Source of the DNA: Rubripirellula sp.
Lineage (GTDB): Bacteria > Planctomycetota > Planctomycetia > Pirellulales > Pirellulaceae
Assembly: GCA_965216875.1 (NCBI GenBank)
Contig: OZ244207.1
Coordinates: 5,056,001-5,120,000 of the forward strand
Direction: 5' to 3'
DNA: 64,000 nt
Each line of letters begins with the position of its first letter. The first letter of the stretch is position 1. Below, piece after piece: positions 20,239-30,431 of this stretch. The notes beneath the pieces are model-generated. The model saw only the letters and a list, made by a program, of their open reading frames with translations, did not search any database and was not told the DNA's origin. A program made the translations under genes and the position numbers.

Positions 20239-21228
20239 CTAGAACTGCTTGAACCACTCGAGCATCACTTGGTCCATCCAATACTGGCGACCTCGTCCAA
20301 TGAAGCCGACGTGCCCCCCTTTGGGTGACACAACCAATTGCGTGCTGTCGGGCCACGCGACTTCGCCATCGGTGAAACACGCGATGGGGACCATCGGGTC
20401 ATCGGCCGACGTCAACACGAGCACGGGCACTTTCGTCTCGGCAGCGACATGTTTGGCCGATGCAAAGTCATAGTACTCTGCCGCATCGGCAAACCCGCTC
20501 AGCGGAGCGGTGAACCAATCATCAAGCTCCCGAAGCGTCCTTGGCTTGGAACGTCTGACGATTTCTTGAAAGTCCTCGCGTTCTCGCACGCGTTTGGGTG
20601 CGCGTGACAACAAGATGCGTATGAAGTACGCGTTGTACGGCCTGAGAATCGCCCGTTCCATATTCGAACTGCACCGTTTCAAATCGATGGGGGGCGCAAC
20701 GACCGCTACCCGCTCAAGTCGATTCATCCACTCGGGCGTCGCTTCAGCACCTGATCCGATACGGCCAACCGCTCGCAAGAGTTGGTTGCCCCCAAGCGAC
20801 ACGCCGGTTGCCCCCAACTTGCCGTCTTTGGTCAGGTTGGCAACAAAACCAATGGCTTGGATCACATCCTCGCTGCGACCGGCATGGGTGAGCTGCGCGG
20901 CAAGCTCCGAGGCCGCGCCACACCCTCGCATGTCGACGCGAAAGGCACGCACGCCCCGTCGAAAAAAAGCGTCCGCCAAACGCATCATATAGGGAGATCC
21001 GTGACAGCCGCATAAGCCATGAAACAGGACGATCGACGAATCGCCCGGCTTCCAATCGACCGGACAATCATCGTGCACGACGATCGAGTCGCCGCCGGAA
21101 ACATCGACGACATGTTGGGTCGTCGGCAACTCGATCCCACTGACGGCCCTGACCGAAGCGATCGTTTGCAGGTGTCCGCCGCGAAACAGCAGATGTTGAC
21201 GAAAAGGGGGTGGCTGAAAATGACTCAT
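20239..21228 (-). CDS. YheT-like alpha/beta hydrolase
   Basis: GGHLQT, HGLCG, nucleophile GVSLGG, DDP and GGHVGF. Confidence 0.88.
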   Translation of the reverse strand: MSHFQPPPFRQHLLFRGGHLQTIASVRAVSGIELPTTQHVVDVSGGDSIVVHDDCPVDWKPGDSSIVLFHGLCGCHGSPYMMRLADAFFRRGVRAFRVDMRGCGAASELAAQLTHAGRSEDVIQAIGFVANLTKDGKLGATGVSLGGNQLLRAVGRIGSGAEATPEWMNRLERVAVVAPPIDLKRCSSNMERAILRPYNAYFIRILLSRAPKRVREREDFQEIVRRSKPRTLRELDDWFTAPLSGFADAAEYYDFASAKHVAAETKVPVLVLTSADDPMVPIACFTDGEVAWPDSTQLVVSPKGGHVGFIGRGRQYWMDQVMLEWFKQF

Positions 21229-21249
21229 GTTTCAGTGTACGATTCACCC
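21229..21249. promoter_or_regulatory. Candidate bidirectional promoter for two leaderless mRNAs
   Basis: TACGAT (+, 21238-21243) lies 6 nt before the thpR ATG; TACACT (-, 21239-21234) lies 5 nt before the hydrolase ATG; no room for an SD. Confidence 0.55.
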
Positions 21250-21819
21250 ATGCAAACCATTCGATCCTTTATCGCTGTCCCGCTGGCCGACGACGTCTCA
21301 CGCAGTGCCGTCAACCTGATCGAACGTATCAGGCAACCAAATGATGGTATCAAGTGGGTGCCAACCGACAATCTGCATCTGACTCTAAAATTCCTAGGGG
21401 ACGTCGATAACGTCGAAGTTCCCGACGTTTGTGCTGCGGTGCAAAAGGTCGCAGCCGAGTTTGACCCATTTGAGTTGGTCTTTTCCGGCACGGGCGGATT
21501 CCCCAGTCTCGATCGCCCACGCATTCTGTACGCAGGCATACAGGACGAATCGGGTCGGCTCGTTGAACTGGTCAGCCGGCTGGAAGAAGAGCTCGCCGAT
21601 TTGAGGTTCAAACCTGAACCACGAGACTACCGGCCTCACCTGACCATCGGTCGCACTCGCAGCAATCGAGGACTTGCCGAGTCGGCAGTGGTCGATCGTC
21701 TAAAAGAAAACGCCGAGACCGAGCTCGGCGTCATGGCTGTCGACACGATTCAAATGTTCGCCAGCTTTCTGGACAAAGGTGGCCCGACCTATCAGGTCAT
21801 GGACACGATCTATCTGTAG
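21250..21819 (+). CDS. thpR: RNA 2',3'-cyclic phosphodiesterase (2H family)
   Basis: RSFIAV start; two HxT motifs (NLHLTLKFLG, PHLTIGR). Confidence 0.92.
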   Translation: MQTIRSFIAVPLADDVSRSAVNLIERIRQPNDGIKWVPTDNLHLTLKFLGDVDNVEVPDVCAAVQKVAAEFDPFELVFSGTGGFPSLDRPRILYAGIQDESGRLVELVSRLEEELADLRFKPEPRDYRPHLTIGRTRSNRGLAESAVVDRLKENAETELGVMAVDTIQMFASFLDKGGPTYQVMDTIYL

Positions 21820-21827
21820 GTAGGGAC

Positions 21828-23531
21828 CTACTTCGTCGCGATCTCAAGCGGGATGCTGGCTTGCCCGTACTTTTTGCCGCCGACATCTTCCATCGTCAAC
21901 TGCAACCGATAGGTACCGGGTTCCAGTTGAGCAGGTAGGTGCATTTGGTAGGCGATGAAGTAGTCACGCAAGTAGTTTGCCGATGTTTGAACATCCGCCG
22001 GCAACAGTTGGCTGACGACCTTTTCGTTCTTGTCGTTGAAGATGTCGTAGCTACCCTGCAAGTTGGTTTCAAAACCTTCCGCCGTTTTCGCAACGGTAAA
22101 GTTCTCGACTTCGCAGTACAGAATGACTTGCTGCCCTGGTTCGAATCGATTGCCGGGAAAGGTCTTGATCTGACCATACGATTCGATCGCAGTACAAAAG
22201 GCGAGCGAACGCACATCAAGTGAATCGGTCGCAGCAGCGGCGAATTTCGTTGCCTCGCGTAGTTGCGGAAGCGCTGTGGTGAATCGCCGGCTAGGAACGG
22301 GATGACCTTCCGGGTCAACCATCGTCCAGAGCCCCAACAGTTGGTGACGCAAGTATTCTTGTTCGTGATTCGAAAGGTGCGAGACCTTTTCGACAGCGCC
22401 GTCGGGGTCGCCAGCCAACACCAACAGGTGACGCTGTTTGATCAAACGAGCAGCTCGTTGTGCCTCGGTTTCGCCCGGCGCGGCTTTGGACAAACGTTCG
22501 AGCAATTCGGTGTAGAGTGCCTGGTCCGTCATCTCTCCGACAGCGGGCAAATCAGCCGATGGCGAAGCAACACTTGCTTGTGCGACCATGGCGGCTTGAT
22601 CGTCCGATCGTGCAGCCGAGGCGGGCTGGATGGTTCCTTCAGGCGACGCGTCACTGATCGATTGAACGACCACCGCTTCAAGATCGGAATCGTTTTCACT
22701 TGCCGTCTTGCCATCACCAAGTGCGTCACTCAAACGTGCTTGGGCGGGCTTCTCGGGTTGGATCGATGCCATCTTTTTCTCGACGGCATTGGCCATTTGC
22801 TCGTTTCCGGTAGCCTCTTTGTCCGCTGCGGCCTTTGCGTCCGAAGCAATCCGCTGCGCCGGTGGTTTGGCATCCTTCGCGGTGGGTTCGGGCAGATTCG
22901 GAAGACTGTTGACCGATTCGGCGATCGCGCCATCAACTGGCTTTGGTTGGAACGACTTTTCGGCGTCCGCTTGCATCGACGCCATCAACTGACGCATCGC
23001 CAGCCGCTTGACTTCCTCGGGCTGGTTTTCAAACGCCTTGGACATGTCGTCGGGAGTCATCTCCTCGATCGGTTTGTCCGGCAGCGCCGCGGTTTCTTTT
23101 GCCGACGCTTTCTTTGCTGTCGCTTTCTTGCTCGAAGCCAACTGCGTCATCGGATTCTTATGCGATGGAAAATTCGCGGCGATGGTGTCGCTGTCCGGTC
23201 GTCGGCGCGGTGACGTTGGTTTGGCATTACTTGCCGTTTTCGCAACGTGCGGGTTGTCGTCTTGTTTTTGCCCACGTCCAGTCAGTCCGCCCAGCTTGCT
23301 TCGCAAACTCGCTGCTGCCGACGCTTTCTCTTGTTCGGTCGGGGAATCAGCTTGAGGCTTGTTGACCGCTAATCGCTGCTTCGGTGCTTCGACTTCCGGC
23401 AAACCTGCTTCATCGGGAGTCTTGGACATCTTGACCAAGTTGCCAAGTGGTCGAGTCCCCCGGCATCCAGCCATGGTCGTCGTTGCGGCGACAACAGTGA
23501 TGATCATCCAGTGATAACGGCGAGCGTGCAT
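21828..23531 (-). CDS. Hypothetical lipoprotein with low-complexity N-terminal half and Ig-like C-terminal domain
   Basis: Basic n-region plus lipobox MAGC; C-terminal beta-rich segment ending PGTYRLQLTMED. Confidence 0.7.
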   Translation of the reverse strand: MHARRYHWMIITVVAATTTMAGCRGTRPLGNLVKMSKTPDEAGLPEVEAPKQRLAVNKPQADSPTEQEKASAAASLRSKLGGLTGRGQKQDDNPHVAKTASNAKPTSPRRRPDSDTIAANFPSHKNPMTQLASSKKATAKKASAKETAALPDKPIEEMTPDDMSKAFENQPEEVKRLAMRQLMASMQADAEKSFQPKPVDGAIAESVNSLPNLPEPTAKDAKPPAQRIASDAKAAADKEATGNEQMANAVEKKMASIQPEKPAQARLSDALGDGKTASENDSDLEAVVVQSISDASPEGTIQPASAARSDDQAAMVAQASVASPSADLPAVGEMTDQALYTELLERLSKAAPGETEAQRAARLIKQRHLLVLAGDPDGAVEKVSHLSNHEQEYLRHQLLGLWTMVDPEGHPVPSRRFTTALPQLREATKFAAAATDSLDVRSLAFCTAIESYGQIKTFPGNRFEPGQQVILYCEVENFTVAKTAEGFETNLQGSYDIFNDKNEKVVSQLLPADVQTSANYLRDYFIAYQMHLPAQLEPGTYRLQLTMEDVGGKKYGQASIPLEIATK

Positions 23532-23842
23532 CCTTGCCTCGCGATTTCTTCTTGCTTGGTCCAATTGCCTAAGTGCGACAAAGATCGAAAGCGGCATGCT
23601 TGCTCTCTCGATGGCGTTGCGGATTGCTTGGCCAGTCGCAATAGCGGGCGACATTACGAAATGTCCCACCCCGACCACAACGGCAAACGGTCTTTTGCTA
23701 GCTTTGTTTTTGATTGCGGGTAGGCGAAGGAAGTTGGACTTGGTTTGAAAGCCTTTGAAGGTTTACGATCGCCCAGTTCGCGGCACTCTTCTGTGCCCCA
23801 TGAACCTGCTGCCGCCTTATCGAACCAGCGCAAGGAAGCGTG

Positions 23843-25195
23843 ATGCCTGCCGCCACCTCATCGCCTCGACCAAGATTGATCATTGCCGACGACAATATTC
23901 GCGACATCGGTGGTCACTTTTTTGAACTTGCCACGCTGTTGCTCCGCGGTGGCACGCAACTTGGTTACCAAGGGATTCTGGCGACCAACCAATCGTTCAA
24001 TGAACAACAGGCCGTTGATCCCTCGATCACTCTGTTGCCCACTTTCCAAACTCGACGTTTGGTGCATTGGTCGATGGGTGTCGACGGGAATTCCAAGTGG
24101 CAGCGTGACATCGCTGGCAATCAAATTGGTGGCCCTCATCTTCAAAAGCAGTGGTCGAACTTGAAGGACCGATTGCGGCCAAAAAAATGTCCACAAACAA
24201 TGCTGGCACAGTGGTCCGACGACTTGGCGGGTTTGATCAACAAAGCCAAACCGACGCCAAACGACACGCTCTTGATCAACACCGGTGACGACTTCGCTCT
24301 GTTGGCACTCGCGGCTGCCATGCAAAAGGTCGAGACGCCGCCGCTGCGGATCGATGTGATCTTTCACTTCGCACTCTACGAGTCTGCTCAAACCGATCGT
24401 AAAGAACGTCTGCGTGAGATCGGACGTCAACTACGAGCCTCGTTGAAAAGCCTCTCCAAGCACGACATTCATTTGCACGCCACAACCCGCAAACTTGCTT
24501 CTCAGCTACGCGAAACCGAATGCGGTCATCACATCACAGCCGTTCCGTATCCGACACGACCACGAAAGGTTTGCGTGGGACGCCCAACCGAACCGTACAA
24601 GGCCGTGCTTGCCGGTTTGCCACGAGCAGAGAAGGGGAGGGCAGCGATTGTTGACCTGCTGTCTGCGATCGAGGGGACGCACCTCAAGAACGGGCGGTAC
24701 CAAGTCTCGATGCAAATGCCGGCGCAACGTTGGCAATCGATGATCCCGCCAACACTCCACCGCACCTACACTCGTGCGGTCGAGGGTTCGACCAAAGAAC
24801 CCCTCGAGGTGATGACAAGCAACCTGACCACCGAGCAATACCACCAATGGCTCGACACGGCTGACATCGGATTGTTCCTGTACGATGCCGATCGCTACGT
24901 CGCGCGATGCAGCGGCGTGCTTCTGGAGATGATGATTCGAGGCGTCCCGGTCATCGTCCCTGATGGATGTTGGCTTGCGGATCAGGTTCGTGTCGCGGGT
25001 GGCCACCGTTCGATCGGGTTCATTTACCAAGATCGAAGTGAGATCCCCGACTTGATGAGTCAATTCATTCGGCATCGCGATCGCATCCGCAGCCGCTGCG
25101 TGGAGCACGCGGCCGAGATCGCCAAACGCCACGACGGCGCCAACACGTTGATCAAAATGGGGCACGCGCCTCTCGAGGCGGCCAAAGTCGCCTAG
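23843..25195 (+). CDS. Putative GT-B glycosyltransferase
   Basis: N-terminal GGH motif; C-terminal LFLYD...SGVLLEMMIRGVPVIV resembling the GT4 donor-binding segment. Confidence 0.65.
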   Translation: MPAATSSPRPRLIIADDNIRDIGGHFFELATLLLRGGTQLGYQGILATNQSFNEQQAVDPSITLLPTFQTRRLVHWSMGVDGNSKWQRDIAGNQIGGPHLQKQWSNLKDRLRPKKCPQTMLAQWSDDLAGLINKAKPTPNDTLLINTGDDFALLALAAAMQKVETPPLRIDVIFHFALYESAQTDRKERLREIGRQLRASLKSLSKHDIHLHATTRKLASQLRETECGHHITAVPYPTRPRKVCVGRPTEPYKAVLAGLPRAEKGRAAIVDLLSAIEGTHLKNGRYQVSMQMPAQRWQSMIPPTLHRTYTRAVEGSTKEPLEVMTSNLTTEQYHQWLDTADIGLFLYDADRYVARCSGVLLEMMIRGVPVIVPDGCWLADQVRVAGGHRSIGFIYQDRSEIPDLMSQFIRHRDRIRSRCVEHAAEIAKRHDGANTLIKMGHAPLEAAKVA

Positions 25196-25351
25196 GGCGA
25201 TCCATCTCAAAGTGGGCTCTTGCGACTGCCCATGCATCAGTCGTTTGCACTGAACGCACCAAACGGGCGTTCGAACCAAACGGGCTCTCGAACCGAACTG
25301 GCTCGGGCTCCGTAATGCAAGCGACTTATCAAACGAGCCGGAGACAACGTG

Positions 25352-26008
25352 ATGTCGGAAGCGGACAAGAACGCCAATCAACCGCCCAACGTTTCCGACT
25401 CCGCGGCACCGCAGCCGGAAGAGTCTGCGCAACCGGCGATTCAGTTCCAGCTGTCGACGATCTTCGTGCTGGTTTTGATCTCGGGCATCATGGCGGCGTT
25501 CCTTCAATCGCGGGGTGAAGAGAACATTCCTGCTGCGTTGGCAACCGTGACCGTGATCGCCATTTTTGCGATCGCCGTTGGCTCGTTTCGCCCGCCGCTG
25601 ACGGACCGACTTTTTTGGGGCATCGTCGTCACTGCGATGATGCAAGCGATCTCCGCAGAGGTGGTGTTGCTCGACCGATTTGGTGTCCTCGGTTGGCCCA
25701 TCTGCGCTGGAATTGCTGCAGTCTGTGCCGCTGGCCGCACTACGCTTTACCCTCGGATGATCATTGGAGCGATTCCGGCGGGCATCGCGATGGCGATCTA
25801 TTCGTTGACCTTTGAAGCCCCGGTTCATGCCAAGGCAATGAATGTCGTTTCGGCATCGATCGGCGGCGCGCTCTTGGGCATGTTGATCGAACTGATTCTC
25901 TGGGTCCAAAGTAAACGGATCGTGCCGCAACCAGCGATCGGACTCGCACTCGTCCTTGGCGGCATCGTCTTTGCCGTGACCGCGCCGAAAATCATCCCCG
26001 GCTGGTAG
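25352..26008 (+). CDS. Hypothetical multi-pass membrane protein
   Basis: GGAG RBS; QFQLSTIFVLV then about 7 hydrophobic segments. Confidence 0.65.
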   Translation: MSEADKNANQPPNVSDSAAPQPEESAQPAIQFQLSTIFVLVLISGIMAAFLQSRGEENIPAALATVTVIAIFAIAVGSFRPPLTDRLFWGIVVTAMMQAISAEVVLLDRFGVLGWPICAGIAAVCAAGRTTLYPRMIIGAIPAGIAMAIYSLTFEAPVHAKAMNVVSASIGGALLGMLIELILWVQSKRIVPQPAIGLALVLGGIVFAVTAPKIIPGW

Positions 26009-26017
26009 ATCGCGTCG

Positions 26018-26358
26018 GTACGTGCAAGCACAGCCAAAGTAGGGTGCCGTGCTTGCACGCACCTGACCTACCAATTGCGGCCAGACTCTAGACGTCGGTT
26101 CCGATAGTCAAGATTGGTGCGTGCAAGCACACACCCTACATGCCAATGTGAGCGGCAAGGCGTTAGCCGCCGGTTTCTTTTGTTCGGTGATGATCTAGCA
26201 AACGTACCATCGCAAGACCGATTGGAACTAAGCGCTGTACGTGGAAGCACAGTCAAAGTAGGGTGCCGTGCTTGCACGCACCTGACCTACCAAGCGCGGC
26301 CAGACTCTTGACATCGGTTCCGATAGTCAGGATCGGTGCGTGCAAGCACACACCCTAC
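26018..26358. repeat. Two direct copies of a ~122-bp REPIN-like element (family H; 26018-26139 and 26237-26358) with a C-like arm between
   Basis: gtagggtgccgtgcttgcacgcacc...ggtgcgtgcaagcacacaccctac inverted arms; spacer and left flank also duplicated; 219-bp offset. Confidence 0.92.
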
Positions 26359-26447
26359 GGAAAGAGAGGGCAACCGCGCGAGGTGTTTCAGCTACACTAT
26401 GACGTCCCGTTGTTGCACCCCGTTGCTTGATGATGCCCAGGATTTGA

Positions 26448-27419
26448 ATGACGCATCTTGCTCCTGAAGTTCGGATGGCGATCATTTTCGTCTTTGTCGC
26501 ACTCTGCACATCAAGCATTTCGTCGATTGCGCTGCAGCGATTTCGGCCCAACCACGATTACAGCGAACTTCGGTTTCGGGTTCGGACCTGGTGGGTCATC
26601 GTTGGCCTCTTCATCGTCTCGCTGGCGATTTCAGAGGGGATGGCGATTTGCTTTTTGGGATTCGTCAGCTACCTGGCGCTGAAAGAATTCCTTTCAATGG
26701 TGCCGACTCGCCGAGCGGATCGTCGTGTCTTGTTCTATGCCTACTTAGCGGTGATCGGCCAGTACTACTTTGCAGCGACCGCTTGGTACGAACTGTTCCT
26801 CATGTTCATCCCGGTGTTGATGTTCATCTGGTTGCCCACGCGGATGTGGATGATCGGGCACACCGACGGCTTTCTCCGAGCCTGTGGGACGTTGCATTGG
26901 GCGTTGATGATTTCAGTCTTCAGCTTGTCCCATGCGGCATTTTTGTTGGTCTTTCCGATTGGCGACGACCCGCGACTGGTGCCGATGTTTCCATCCGCGA
27001 TCGGAAAAAACCATCCTGGTCCCGGCTTGCTGATGTTCTTGATCTTGATCACCGAACTGAACGACATCTTCCAATTCCTGGCGGGCAAGACCCTCGGCAA
27101 GCGACGTGTTGCACCAAACGTCAGCCCCGGCAAAACCTACGCTGGATTCTTGGGTGGGCTGTTCGGTTCGATTGCCGTCGCCGGATGGATTGGTCCCAAG
27201 TTGACGTTCCTCGACTTGCCGACGTCGCTGACGGCCGGCTTGATCATTGCTCTGGCCGGTTTTGCCGGTGACCTTTGCATGTCGGCGTTGAAGCGAGATC
27301 TAAAGATCAAGGACTTTGGGGCAACGCTTCCCGGTCATGGCGGCGTGCTGGATCGAGTCGATTCGCTCGTCTTTACCGCCCCGTTGTTCTTTCACTTTGT
27401 GTCATTCTGTTACGGCTGA
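26448..27419 (+). CDS. Phosphatidate cytidylyltransferase (YnbB/CdsA-like)
   Basis: RVRTWW, ALKEF, NDIFQ, VSPGKT, SALKRDLKIKD and PGHGGVLDRVDS. Confidence 0.9.
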   Translation: MTHLAPEVRMAIIFVFVALCTSSISSIALQRFRPNHDYSELRFRVRTWWVIVGLFIVSLAISEGMAICFLGFVSYLALKEFLSMVPTRRADRRVLFYAYLAVIGQYYFAATAWYELFLMFIPVLMFIWLPTRMWMIGHTDGFLRACGTLHWALMISVFSLSHAAFLLVFPIGDDPRLVPMFPSAIGKNHPGPGLLMFLILITELNDIFQFLAGKTLGKRRVAPNVSPGKTYAGFLGGLFGSIAVAGWIGPKLTFLDLPTSLTAGLIIALAGFAGDLCMSALKRDLKIKDFGATLPGHGGVLDRVDSLVFTAPLFFHFVSFCYG

Positions 27420-28069
27420 TGAACCACTTTCTTCGCACACTCTTTTTCGCCTTGATCGTTCGGCCGCTGATGATCGTCGTGCTCGGCACGAACGTTCGTC
27501 GCGTCGAGCAATTGCCCGAAGAAGGTCCAGCGATCATCGTGGCCAATCACAACAGCCACCTTGATGTCTTTGCCTTGATGAACGTGCTGGGATTGAAACG
27601 CCTGCGTCACGTTCGCCCTGTCGCCGCCGCCGACTATTTCCTGACACGCCCTCTGCGCAGTTGGTTTGCGACTCGCATCGTGGGGATCATCCCGATCGAC
27701 CGCAAGAAGACGCGGCGGGAAGATGGCAAACATCCGCTCGAACCCATTTCCGATGTTCTTCGAGAGGGTGGCATCGTGCTGCTATTTCCCGAAGGCACTC
27801 GCGGCGAACCGGAACAACGCGAGTCGTTTCAAACCGGTGTTGCCCACTTGGCCAAGCGTCACCCCGACGTGCCCATCACTCCCGTCTTCATTCACGGCGC
27901 AGGCAAAGCCCTGCCCAAGGGCGAAGGACTGCTGGTCCCTTTCTTTTGCGATCTCTTTGTTGGCGAGCCGATTGAATCTGGCTTGGGCAAGAAAGAGTTT
28001 ATGGAACGTTTGACCGAGTCCATGGACGCACTCGAATCAGAACTTCCTGTGCAGACCTGGACGGACTAG
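27419..28069 (+). CDS. PlsC-family lysophospholipid acyltransferase
   Basis: NHNSHLD, AAADYF and FPEGTR; TGATG overlap with the upstream gene. Confidence 0.9.
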   Translation: MNHFLRTLFFALIVRPLMIVVLGTNVRRVEQLPEEGPAIIVANHNSHLDVFALMNVLGLKRLRHVRPVAAADYFLTRPLRSWFATRIVGIIPIDRKKTRREDGKHPLEPISDVLREGGIVLLFPEGTRGEPEQRESFQTGVAHLAKRHPDVPITPVFIHGAGKALPKGEGLLVPFFCDLFVGEPIESGLGKKEFMERLTESMDALESELPVQTWTD

Positions 28070-28083
28070 TCACCGCTGCTCGA

Positions 28084-28470
28084 TCAAGGCTGATCGATGG
28101 CGTAAGCTTCCACCTCGAACGGGTTTTCACGATATGCATCGCGTCCTCGGACAAACAACACGGCCGAGGCAAGCAAGTAGGCGGGGATGAAGAAAACGCC
28201 CCAGCGCTCATATTGCCGAACGTGAACGCGCTCATGCTCGCGCGTGATGTCGAGAGCAGCTTTGGTTTGGCCAAAGACGACGTGCCCAATGGTCATCGCG
28301 AGCGCAGGCACTGGAAATCGTCGCAGCCCTTCGGCAACCCAAGGGCCATGAATCTCGATCACACCATCAACGAGCCGGAATCGTCCAACGAGCAGCAAGC
28401 CGACGGCGACCGCCATGAGTGTGTTCGGCAGTGCCCAGAGGTACGCAACCGTTCGTGTCACCCATTTCAT
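28084..28470 (-). CDS. Small HExxH-motif membrane-associated protein
   Basis: WALPNT, AMTIGHVV, HERVHVRQYERWG and NPFEVEA. Confidence 0.7.
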   Translation of the reverse strand: MKWVTRTVAYLWALPNTLMAVAVGLLLVGRFRLVDGVIEIHGPWVAEGLRRFPVPALAMTIGHVVFGQTKAALDITREHERVHVRQYERWGVFFIPAYLLASAVLFVRGRDAYRENPFEVEAYAIDQP

Positions 28471-28611
28471 TCGTAGCACTCCAAAACCGAGAACAGCCTG
28501 GAAACGGACACGCGATATTTCGCGTCACCGAACCCAGGCTGTCCTGTTATTCGTCGTGTGTCAACTCGTTTTCTGGCAAGCTCTCCTTTGAACCTGCCAG
28601 ATTCCGTTTGT

Positions 28612-29013
28612 TTACTCAGCAGCGAGTTCTGCTTCTTCGTCTTCGCCTTCGAGATCGAAATCAGCTTCGTCATCGAACTCACCGACTTGCAATTCAGCCA
28701 GTTGCTCTTCGCTCAATTTGACATAACCAAGGCCGCGAATCACTTCCAAGACCTCGCTGCAAGTTGGGAACATGCGTCCCGAATCTCGCTTGTAGTCGTC
28801 CATTGCACGCATGAATTCGATTTCGTCGTTGTTGTAATCGCGTTCGCAAGTGGTCGGATCGATATGACGACGGCGTTGTTTCTTACGGCGAGCCGGGGCC
28901 GCATCACCTTCGTTTTGAACATCGTTATCACCTGCTCGACGATCGCTTCGACGACGGTCGATGGTGATGACGTTTTCTTCTACGGCTTGGTCTGCGGTGT
29001 TCGAAACGGCCAT
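28612..29013 (-). CDS. Conserved planctomycete hypothetical protein
   Basis: AAGGA RBS; DRRxxDRR, RRRHIDPTTCERDY and FPTCSEVLEVIRGLGY. Confidence 0.75.
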   Translation of the reverse strand: MAVSNTADQAVEENVITIDRRRSDRRAGDNDVQNEGDAAPARRKKQRRRHIDPTTCERDYNNDEIEFMRAMDDYKRDSGRMFPTCSEVLEVIRGLGYVKLSEEQLAELQVGEFDDEADFDLEGEDEEAELAAE

Positions 29014-29224
29014 GCTTTTTATCCTTGGAAAGGTGGGAGAGTGTTGCTGGTGTGACGACTCTAGAAGGGTGGCAAAAAAACCTAGCACACCGATTGCGCA
29101 AACCCTGGCAATCACGGCCTCTTTCGGGAACAGAAAAAGCGAAACCGTTAGGCAAGATATCCGGCTGTACCGGTTATGCCGCTCACCTGCAGCCAACCCC
29201 CGTGATTTACGCCAACAAACAGCT

Positions 29225-29525
29225 GTGAGCCGTACGCGCTAGCGTCGGGCCTCACATCATCAGCGCCGTTTGTAGTCCCGCCTTGAGGCGGAAGGGTCCG
29301 AAGATTCCGGCTAAAGCCGGGACCACGAACGTTGTGGCCCGAACGCGATAGACAATTGAGCCGCGAGCGCGTAAGCGGCCGGGCCTTACTCGCCTTCAAC
29401 CTAGCTGCGCGTCGACAAGGGCCCGAGGCCTCACGGCCAGCGGCTCACGGGCACTGCCCAAACTGCGCGTGGTGTGATCGGAAGCCGCCACCGAGCGAAT
29501 CCCACCTTCTGGCGAAGGTAGCTAC
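29225..29525. repeat. Mosaic cluster: C (29225-29255), F doublet (29268-29330), C-variant doublet (29357-29448), D arm (29501-29525)
   Basis: Reverse-complement matches to 12491-12638 and 41830-41911. Confidence 0.9.
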
Positions 29526-29552
29526 GGGGCGGACACGAGAGCGAGAGATATG

Positions 29553-30344
29553 CTAGAACGCGGCGCGCAGTTCTTTCACAAAACGACTGACGGCGCTGGC
29601 CGCCGCCTCTTTGCCGTCGGCTTCGGCAACCCGCCGGACAATCGCGGAGCCGACGATCAAACCGTCTGCGACAGGCGCGAGCCGCTTTGCTGTCTCGACG
29701 CCTGAGATTCCAAAACCGATGCAAATCGGCAAATCAGTCTCACCGCGCAACCACGAAACACTGTCGACCAAATCGGGTGGCAATTTGGTTCGTTCCCCCG
29801 TGATCCCGGTAACGGAAACGTAGTAGAGAAAGCCAGACGATGAGTTTGCGATTTCGACTTGCCGCTCACGTGGCGTGGTCGGCGTGACCAGTTGGATCAA
29901 ACTGAAATCTTGGTCTCGACAGATCGCTGACATCTCGCCAGCTTCCTCAACCAAGAGGTCGGGCACAATCGCACCGGCATAACCGGCTGCTTTGGCCCGG
30001 CGAACGTATTCTTCCAACCCAACTCGATAGATGATCGCATAACTGACCATCGTCACCATTGGCATTTTGACTTCGCCCGAAAGCGAAGTCCCCATGTCAA
30101 ACATCTGTTGCAGCTTGAATCCAGCATCCAGCGATCGTTGGTACGACGATTGGATCACCGGCCCATCAGCAACGGGATCGCTGTAGGGGACACCCACTTC
30201 GCACAGACTCGCGCCGGCCGCTTCGGACTGACGAATCAGTTCAGCGGTCGTGTCGATATCTGGGTCGCCAGCGGTAAAGAAAGGCATCAACGCCTTCTTC
30301 CCTTCGGCACGCAAATCAGCGAAGAGTTGATCGACTGCAGACAT
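29553..30344 (-). CDS. trpA: Tryptophan synthase alpha subunit
   Basis: TAGDP, EVGVPYSDPVADGPVIQ, YYVSVTGITG, GFGIS and DGLIVGSA. Confidence 0.97.
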   Translation of the reverse strand: MSAVDQLFADLRAEGKKALMPFFTAGDPDIDTTAELIRQSEAAGASLCEVGVPYSDPVADGPVIQSSYQRSLDAGFKLQQMFDMGTSLSGEVKMPMVTMVSYAIIYRVGLEEYVRRAKAAGYAGAIVPDLLVEEAGEMSAICRDQDFSLIQLVTPTTPRERQVEIANSSSGFLYYVSVTGITGERTKLPPDLVDSVSWLRGETDLPICIGFGISGVETAKRLAPVADGLIVGSAIVRRVAEADGKEAAASAVSRFVKELRAAF

Positions 30345-30372
30345 AAGCTTGACAAATTACTTGGGGAAAGCC

Positions 30373-30426
30373 GGACTCGTTGCCTCGTCCACTACGAAAA
30401 CCGGGACTCGTTGCCTCGTCCACTAC
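30373..30426. repeat. Tandem pair of 23-bp GTAG-type REP (family K)
   Basis: ggactcgttgcctcgtccactac twice with a 31-bp period; third variant at 55533-55553. Confidence 0.85.
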
Positions 30427-30431
30427 CTACT

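Noticed and set aside
30373..30426. Mini CRISPR array
   Set aside because: Only two units 8 nt apart; GTAG-type REP with a dispersed third copy
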